DNA of 64,000 bases from Patescibacteria group bacterium. GTDB taxonomy: Bacteria; Patescibacteriota; Minisyncoccia; Phycocordibacterales; UBA9973. Every line of letters starts with the position of its first letter. Within the stretch, counting starts at the first letter, position 1. The position numbers were made by a program, and so were the translations under genes. The stretch spans positions 79,312 through 143,311 of the forward strand of contig JBBTYN010000002.1 in the NCBI GenBank assembly GCA_038061755.1, in the 5' to 3' direction. This document shows, in pieces, positions 16,927 to 23,281 of the stretch. The notes under the pieces were generated by a model. It had not been told where the DNA came from and did no database searches. It worked only from the letters and a program-made list of their open reading frames with translations.

Positions 16927-18510
16927 TTACCCTACTTTATGTTTCGTGTGTAATTTTTTTACCTCTTCTTCCTCCAATTCTTCTTTTTTATCTTTCCCGC
17001 GCAAGCCAAGAATCTTAAGTTCTGCATCACCAAGCATATTTAACGATTTAATCAATTCCGATAAATGTTCCACAGTGTTTTTCTCAGGAGCATCCAGCAC
17101 TTCTTCAAGTAAAGCATGCAAAATCCATCCCATTCGTGGTCCTGGAGCAATTTTGAGTTCCTTCATCATAAATTCTCCGTTAATTTTTAGCTGTCCGACA
17201 GAAATTGGATCTCTTAAGGACTCTTCTATCATTACAAAATACTTTCGTAAACGATATGGGGCTTCTGTCTTTTTCATTCCTACTCTGTCACATTCTCTAA
17301 CTTTCATAAGATCCCAGATAGGATGATTTTCTTTCTTGCCCGCCAAAGCTTTAGCGTCGGCGGGGCCAACTTTTGCAACAATTCTTCGCACTGCTGAAAG
17401 TGTAATTAATTCTGTATCAGAAAAAAACATATGATTGCGTACAAGCTTGGATACTAATTCAATTTCTTTTTTTGGAAATTTTAATCTCTCCATTATTTTT
17501 TTTACCATTCGCGTACTGATAACTTCGTGGCCATAGAAAGTATATTTCTTTTTGGCTGAACTCTCGGTCTCTCTTCTTGCTCGTGGCTTTCCAATATCGT
17601 GAAAAAGCGCTGCAAGCCTTATTTCTAAAGACCAATTCTTGTTTGAAGCATGCATGAGCGCGTGAAGTAAGTGATTCCACACATCATAAATATGTTCCCC
17701 CGATTGCTCACAACCTATTCCCTCTTCTAACTCTGGAATTATATTTTTTAACAAATTAAATTTGTGCAACATTGCAATTCCACTCGCAGAATTTTCTGAC
17801 ATAATTATTTTTACAAACTCATCACGAATTCTTTCTTTGGATATTTTTTTTATTAAATCTGAATTTTTTAAAATACTTTCTGTTGTTTCATACGACACAA
17901 AAAAATTAAGTTGGCAAGAAAAACGTACCACGCGCAACATACGCAATGCATCTTCCTGAAATCTATTATCAGGATTACCGACAGCTTTTAAGGTCTTGTT
18001 TTTGATGTCCTTTATACCATCAAACAAATCAATTAGATGTCCTTTAGAATTTAAAGCCAGAGCATTGACTGTAAAATCACGTCTTTTAAGGTCATCTTCT
18101 ATCTTATCACTAAATTTTACCTCATCAGGATGCCTAAAATCGCTATATTTTGCTTCAGTTCTATAAGGTGTAACCTCAACGATATAATTAGGTTCTAGGT
18201 TAAAGGTTCTAGGCTCTAGTGTTTCTTGTGAAACATCAATTTTAGATGTTCCTCGTGAAACAACCACACCCACTGTTCCAAAAGTATTCTCATAAACCGT
18301 CTTTTCAAAAAGATTAATAATTTGCTCTGGTTTGGCATTTGTCGTAATATCCCAATCTTTTGGCTCTTTATCCATTAAAAGATCACGCACGCATCCTCCG
18401 ACTAGGTATGCCTCAAAACCAGCTTTTTCAAGTGTGCTAGTTACATGTGAAACTTCTTTTGGTATCTTTGATATTAAGTTTTTAGTATCTTGTTTCACAA
18501 CTTTGTGCAC
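16927..18510 (-). CDS. cca: CCA-adding tRNA nucleotidyltransferase with HD domain
   Basis: Pol-beta NT motif GGCVRDLLMDKEPKDWDITT, an RNA-binding region, and the HD motif LAALFHDIGKP. Confidence 0.8.
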   Translation of the reverse strand: MHKVVKQDTKNLISKIPKEVSHVTSTLEKAGFEAYLVGGCVRDLLMDKEPKDWDITTNAKPEQIINLFEKTVYENTFGTVGVVVSRGTSKIDVSQETLEPRTFNLEPNYIVEVTPYRTEAKYSDFRHPDEVKFSDKIEDDLKRRDFTVNALALNSKGHLIDLFDGIKDIKNKTLKAVGNPDNRFQEDALRMLRVVRFSCQLNFFVSYETTESILKNSDLIKKISKERIRDEFVKIIMSENSASGIAMLHKFNLLKNIIPELEEGIGCEQSGEHIYDVWNHLLHALMHASNKNWSLEIRLAALFHDIGKPRARRETESSAKKKYTFYGHEVISTRMVKKIMERLKFPKKEIELVSKLVRNHMFFSDTELITLSAVRRIVAKVGPADAKALAGKKENHPIWDLMKVRECDRVGMKKTEAPYRLRKYFVMIEESLRDPISVGQLKINGEFMMKELKIAPGPRMGWILHALLEEVLDAPEKNTVEHLSELIKSLNMLGDAELKILGLRGKDKKEELEEEEVKKLHTKHKVG

Positions 18511-18577
18511 TCGGGGGGATTCGAACCCTCAATAATAGTTCCGAAGACTATTGTGATATCCATTTCACTACGAGTGC
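18506..18577 (-). tRNA. tRNA-Arg (anticodon TCG), CCA not encoded
   Basis: The reverse complement folds as a cloverleaf: acceptor GCACTCG/CGAGTGC, D-stem GTGA/TCAC, anticodon stem ATAGT/ACTAT with loop CTTCGGA, and T-loop TTCGAAT. There is one A-C mismatch in the T-stem. The 3' end overlaps the cca start by about 5 nt. Confidence 0.6.
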
Positions 18578-18716
18578 AGAATTAATTTAATAATATTATA
18601 TATTTTACACTATTTAAAAAATATTGGCAAATAACGCTTGTTTTGCAGACTTATTTTCCAATTGCATTAGTTATAATAAAATACTATAATAAATTTGTTA
18701 TTTTAAAAAAGTAAAA

Positions 18717-18827
18717 GCGGTCATATTTGGTGGTCTTTAGACATAAATGATTAATGGTCATATTTGGTGGTTTTTAGACATAGATAATTTGCGGTCATAT
18801 TTGGTGGTCTTTGTACATACATAAAAA
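18717..18827 (+). repeat. Three degenerate tandem repeats of about 37 bp, each a partial copy of the 5' half of the downstream tRNA-Gly
   Basis: The units are gcggtcatatttggtggtctttagacataaatgattaat, ggtcatatttggtggtttttagacatagataattt and gcggtcatatttggtggtctttgtacatacataaaaa. Each begins with the tRNA 5' end GCGGTCAT and resembles its D-arm. Confidence 0.6.
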
Positions 18828-18898
18828 GCGGTCATGGTTTAGTGGTAGAACACGTCCTTGCCAAGGATGAGACGAGAGTTCGATTCTCTCTGGCCGCA
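18828..18898 (+). tRNA. tRNA-Gly (anticodon GCC)
   Basis: Cloverleaf with acceptor GCGGTCA/TGGCCGC (one G-U pair), D-loop AGTGGTA, anticodon loop TTGCCAA and T-loop TTCGATT. Confidence 0.8.
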
Positions 18899-19138
18899 CA
18901 AAAAAATGATGTCCATTAATTTTTGCTTATTTAATAAGGATTTTATTGTAACTGTGGATAACTATGTTAGTACTGTTCATAAAGGACATTATTAAAAACT
19001 GTCTTTTAATATCATTTTTAATTAAAATAGCTTGTAAAATAAGAATATATCAATAAAAGACATTAAAATTTAATAATAAGTTTCACGTGAAACATAAATA
19101 GACCATGTGCCATGTGAAACTATAAATTATATAGATAA

Positions 19139-19546
19139 ATGCCTAAAGTATTCACATCAAAAACACAGAAAACAGGAGAAATTGGAGAAAATATAGCTGT
19201 TAAGTTTCTCGTGAAACATAATTTTCTGGTATTAAATAGAAATTACACCAAAAAATGGGGTGAAATAGATATCATAGCTGAAAAAAATAATAAATTATAC
19301 TTTATTGAAGTAAAATCAGTTGCACGTGAAACACTTGAAAATGTTTTACATGAAACATCTGACTACAGACCTGAAGATAATATGCATCCGTGGAAATTAA
19401 AACGTTTATCACGAACAATTCAAACTTATCTTTTATCTAAAAAAATACCAGATGAAAAAGAATGGCAAATAGATTTATTAGTTGTGTTCCTTGATATGAA
19501 AAATAAAAAAGCAAAAATAAAAGTGGTCAATGATATTATTTTATGA
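19139..19546 (+). CDS. YraN-family (UPF0102) predicted endonuclease
   Basis: GEIGENIAVKFLVKHNFLVLNRNYTKKWGEIDIIAEKNNKLYFIEVKS matches the UPF0102 / restriction-endonuclease-like core. Confidence 0.7.
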   Translation: MPKVFTSKTQKTGEIGENIAVKFLVKHNFLVLNRNYTKKWGEIDIIAEKNNKLYFIEVKSVARETLENVLHETSDYRPEDNMHPWKLKRLSRTIQTYLLSKKIPDEKEWQIDLLVVFLDMKNKKAKIKVVNDIIL

Positions 19547-19603
19547 TATATTAAATTGACGTTTTGGTAAAAGCGGGCTTACCCGCCAAAGCCTTTGCAA
19601 AAC

Positions 19604-19674
19604 GGGCTGTAGTATACCGGTAGTACAAGTGCTTTGGGAGCATTTAGACTGGGTTCAATTCCCAGCAGCCCGAC
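19604..19674 (+). tRNA. tRNA-Pro (anticodon TGG)
   Basis: Acceptor CGGGCTG/CAGCCCG, anticodon stem AGTGC/GCATT with loop TTTGGGA, and T-arm CTGGGTTCAATTCCCAG. Confidence 0.8.
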
Positions 19675-19678
19675 ATTG

Positions 19679-19748
19679 CGGGATTAGTTTAGTGGTAGAA
19701 TAAGAGTTTTCCAAACTCTGGGCAGGCGTTCGATTCGCCTATCCCGCA
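19679..19748 (+). tRNA. tRNA-Gly (anticodon TCC)
   Basis: Acceptor GCGGGAT/ATCCCGC, anticodon stem AGAGT/ACTCT with loop TTTCCAA, and T-arm AGGCGTTCGATTCGCCT. Confidence 0.8.
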
Positions 19749-19770
19749 CATAATTTAAATAATTAAAGTT

Positions 19771-20757
19771 TTAGTTTACCCAAGATCCGTTTATTCCCGG
19801 ATTAAACGCGCCTTCAACTACGAAGTGAACATGCGGACCGGTGGAGCGTCCCGTAGAACCCACAAGACCAATGATGTCGTCTCGAGTGTCATCTTGAATA
19901 ACTAGGTCACCAGCACGAACAAAAATCTCAGACATATGACCATACATAGTTTTAACACCACCCGAGTGAACGATAATAACCAAACCACCAAAACCGCCAT
20001 TGTAGCCCATTCTGGCAAAAATAACTATTCCGGAAGCGGCGGCGTGTATCGGAGTGCCTTTTTTAATAGCAAAGTCCACCGCACATCCATCATGAAATTT
20101 TTGACTTAGGCGATAACCAGGAACAGGATTGACAAAATCAAATTTACGGAGACTGTAACAATATTCTGTGTTTTTGGTAGTCGTAGTGCTTTTAATAACC
20201 AGCTTAGCATTTTCTTCAACTCTCTTTCCACCAGAAATCGTAAACTCGTCACCTACTGCAAGTATAGTGTCCAATGTAATGTCATTACAAAAAATAATGT
20301 CACTTACGTTCACATTATAAAGTTTTGCTATCTTATGCAGTGTTTGTCCTTTAGTAACAGTGTGTTTAACGCCAGGAACAGAAGAAATAAAGAGTACATC
20401 ATTTTCTAAAAGATTCTTCTTCCCTTTATTTGCCACTAGAACACTGTCTTCAGAAACATCAAGCATTTTAGCTACCTTAGAAATAGAGACTCCTTTTTCA
20501 ACTACATAAACAATTGTCTCTCCACAAAAAGAATCTACGTCATCCCTTCCATTATTTTGGGGAAAAAACGCCTTTTCGTCAGGAGAGATATTATTTGTAT
20601 TCGCACTTGTATCATCAATATTATTTTTATCTTGCGAAGTAGGGGAAAAATTGGCCTGAAGGGCAAAAGCTCGATCGCCGAATATTGAAGAAAAGGAGTC
20701 TGCCCTAGCTACTTGTGTAGACACAAAAAAAGTCCCAAATAGCAAGGAAAAAATCAA
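19771..20757 (-). CDS. Secreted LysM-domain M23-family peptidoglycan endopeptidase
   Basis: Signal peptide, two LysM repeats (HTVTKGQTLHKIAKLYNV...), and an M23 domain with HxxxD...GSTGRSTGPHVHF. Confidence 0.85.
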   Translation of the reverse strand: MIFSLLFGTFFVSTQVARADSFSSIFGDRAFALQANFSPTSQDKNNIDDTSANTNNISPDEKAFFPQNNGRDDVDSFCGETIVYVVEKGVSISKVAKMLDVSEDSVLVANKGKKNLLENDVLFISSVPGVKHTVTKGQTLHKIAKLYNVNVSDIIFCNDITLDTILAVGDEFTISGGKRVEENAKLVIKSTTTTKNTEYCYSLRKFDFVNPVPGYRLSQKFHDGCAVDFAIKKGTPIHAAASGIVIFARMGYNGGFGGLVIIVHSGGVKTMYGHMSEIFVRAGDLVIQDDTRDDIIGLVGSTGRSTGPHVHFVVEGAFNPGINGSWVN

Positions 20758-21000
20758 AAAAGATCTTAATATTTTGAGTTTACGTTTTATAAAACAAACT
20801 AAATACCGCGAGATTTCCTTTTCTACCCAAAAAGACTAATAAATATAAGGGTAGAATCACAGCACGACCGAGTACTGCAAACAAAAGATTCTCACGATGA
20901 TTACTATCTTCTCTAGAATCCAGTCAACTTGTACTGTACCTCTCTTCAGAACAATATTTCTAGAATAGCTCAAAATAGATCAAAAGTCAATCTAATAAGA

Positions 21001-21055
21001 AACTGGTGTGGATAACCCCCACACCTTTCATTATAAAACAAAAGGTGTGGGGGAT
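21001..21055. repeat. GC-rich palindromic element (copy 2 of the CCCCCACACCTTT family) containing a perfect DnaA-box 9-mer
   Basis: The sequence tgtGGATAACccccacacctttcattataaaacaaaaggtgtggggGATAACt has a 13-bp stem and the direct repeat GATAAC on both flanks (TSD-like). TGTGGATAA is a perfect DnaA box. Confidence 0.6.
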
Positions 21056-21112
21056 AACTATTTCGACCTAAATTTGGTATAAAAAATTAAAAACTATATA
21101 ATACAGATACTT

Positions 21113-23248
21113 ATGGAAAAAAAAACCACACGGGTAAGAAAAATGAATCCGGGAGAAATAGACCATAATGATCCTAATATCATAGATGTTACTCCAGAAG
21201 AAGTTGAAATCGAGGAAGAAATAAAAAATCTTTCACCAGAAGAAAGGGAAAAAATTGGTTGGGGGTTGAACGTTATTGGTTTTAAGGCTGAAAAAGCAAA
21301 AAATGATATTTTTGCTTGGGTTTTTAATAAAGCACTGAAACTAAAAGATATTGACCCAAAGGGAACTACTGGAAAATTTTGCAAAGAAATGAAAGATGGT
21401 TTTGTGCGCGATGCAAAAATTGCTGTAAAAAAGGCTAAAGATACCACAAGTGGTAAAGAAAAACACAGACTTTCAAATGCCAGCCTACTATTTGGAAATG
21501 TTTTGAGATATGGAAGAATTGTTACTGATCTAACGGGAAAGTCGCTCGCTTCACCATTGCGTTATGTAATGATGGGAGGTATGGCGACTACTCGTATGGC
21601 TGAAGCAGGAAAAGAAGCTCGTTTAAAAAATGAAGAGGTGATTGAAAAAACTCGAATTCAAGATGCAAATCTTGCATACGAAGAAGCTATGAAGATATAT
21701 GAGAGAGCTAAAACAAAGGAAAAGATTGAAAATATTTCAGCTGAAACTCTTAAAAATGCTTACTTAATGGAAATACCAAAAGATTTACAAGAAAGAATAA
21801 CAAGAAATCCTTCAACAGCAAATACTCTTATTCAAAAAATAGTAAAAACAGACATTGAAGGCGCAATAACTAGATTAAATAAAAAAATAGAAAAATTAGA
21901 AAATAATAAAAAACTTACACCTGAACAAAAAAAAGCAGAAATAGAAAAACTTATAACAAAACAAAAGAAAAATTTGGAAGATTATGACCGTATCATTACG
22001 CAGTATGGCACTGTGGACGGGTTGGCTATGGCTGGTCGTTATGCACAAACAGCAGGTAAGGCTATTGTCGCAGTAGTAACAGCAGAAACATTAGTCTTGT
22101 CTGTGGAAAAATTATTTGAAACCTTGTCGCATGTATTTTCTAATTCTAATGTTTATGAAACATTACCCTCGCATGTCCCTGCACCAAAAATATCAGTAGC
22201 ACCAATTATTCCAGAAAATCCACCTGTAATTAATAATTTTACCAATGAAGGTATTAAATTTGAACATGGTAAAGGAGGAATACAGGGGATTTTAGATTTG
22301 AAAAAACAAATTGCAGAACAATATAATGGAGATTATTCTAAAGCACCAGAGAGTGTTCAGAATTTTATGAACACAGATGCGACAAAAGAAGCAATTAAAC
22401 TTGGGCTTTATGCTCCAAATAATCCTGATGAAAGCGCGTTGATTCGAGAAGGTTCAATTTTGAAATTTGACGAAAAGGGAAATATAATTTTTCATGACGC
22501 AAAAACAGGAGAAGATGTCACACACTATGCGGGAAAAATGTTTGATTCAGACAGAAGTGCTAAAATTTCAACAACAACAGAAGAATATGGAATTAAACTC
22601 CCTCAAGAGCCTATAACTGCTGAAACACACCCAATAGAAACAACTCCAAACACAGAACCTACTGCTACTGAAGCATTGCAAGAAAAAATAAAAGCGCAAA
22701 TAGATGTTGGAGCAGAAAAAACAAACATTACAAATACACAAATAAGAAGACCTGAATTGGGATATCAAACAGTGCGTGTTGGCAATACAATAGGGGTAGG
22801 TGGCGGAAATGGATCTGGATATCTAAATAATCAATTTCAAAATCTTTCATTTGAAGATAAACTTACAGTGGACAATCATCCAGGATTTTTTGCAAGCAAT
22901 CCTTATGGTTTAAATGAAGAAAAATTAATACAAGTTTATAAAATTAATAATGAAAATATAAATTATTTATTTAACAATAAAATATCTATGTCTGCATGGA
23001 ATACATCTGATTGGGACAAATTAGGCGATCTGAAAGCAGGAAAAATTTTAGAATACACTGACGGTGACCAGAAAATTAAACGTTTATCAGATTATTTAAA
23101 TTTGCTTAAAAATTTCACAAGACTTGAACCAAAATCAGGTTTTCTTGGAATGGGAGCTGAAAATAGTGAATATTATATAGCTCGTTGTTTACAAAAATTA
23201 GTAGCAGATGGAAAACTGGAACAATTTGAGGCAGATCTAAAAAAATAA
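21113..23248 (+). CDS. Large hypothetical protein (711 aa), coiled-coil rich with two hydrophobic segments
   Basis: Long ORF, no recognisable family, K/E-rich coiled coils. Confidence 0.5.
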   Translation: MEKKTTRVRKMNPGEIDHNDPNIIDVTPEEVEIEEEIKNLSPEEREKIGWGLNVIGFKAEKAKNDIFAWVFNKALKLKDIDPKGTTGKFCKEMKDGFVRDAKIAVKKAKDTTSGKEKHRLSNASLLFGNVLRYGRIVTDLTGKSLASPLRYVMMGGMATTRMAEAGKEARLKNEEVIEKTRIQDANLAYEEAMKIYERAKTKEKIENISAETLKNAYLMEIPKDLQERITRNPSTANTLIQKIVKTDIEGAITRLNKKIEKLENNKKLTPEQKKAEIEKLITKQKKNLEDYDRIITQYGTVDGLAMAGRYAQTAGKAIVAVVTAETLVLSVEKLFETLSHVFSNSNVYETLPSHVPAPKISVAPIIPENPPVINNFTNEGIKFEHGKGGIQGILDLKKQIAEQYNGDYSKAPESVQNFMNTDATKEAIKLGLYAPNNPDESALIREGSILKFDEKGNIIFHDAKTGEDVTHYAGKMFDSDRSAKISTTTEEYGIKLPQEPITAETHPIETTPNTEPTATEALQEKIKAQIDVGAEKTNITNTQIRRPELGYQTVRVGNTIGVGGGNGSGYLNNQFQNLSFEDKLTVDNHPGFFASNPYGLNEEKLIQVYKINNENINYLFNNKISMSAWNTSDWDKLGDLKAGKILEYTDGDQKIKRLSDYLNLLKNFTRLEPKSGFLGMGAENSEYYIARCLQKLVADGKLEQFEADLKK

Positions 23249-23281
23249 GTCTAAAAAAAAGATTCATGTTATATTGAATGC

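Noticed and set aside
18717-18827. Tandem repeats near tRNA-Gly considered as a CRISPR array.
   Set aside because: Only three units with no unique spacers. The units are degenerate copies of the adjacent tRNA 5' half. No cas genes in the window.
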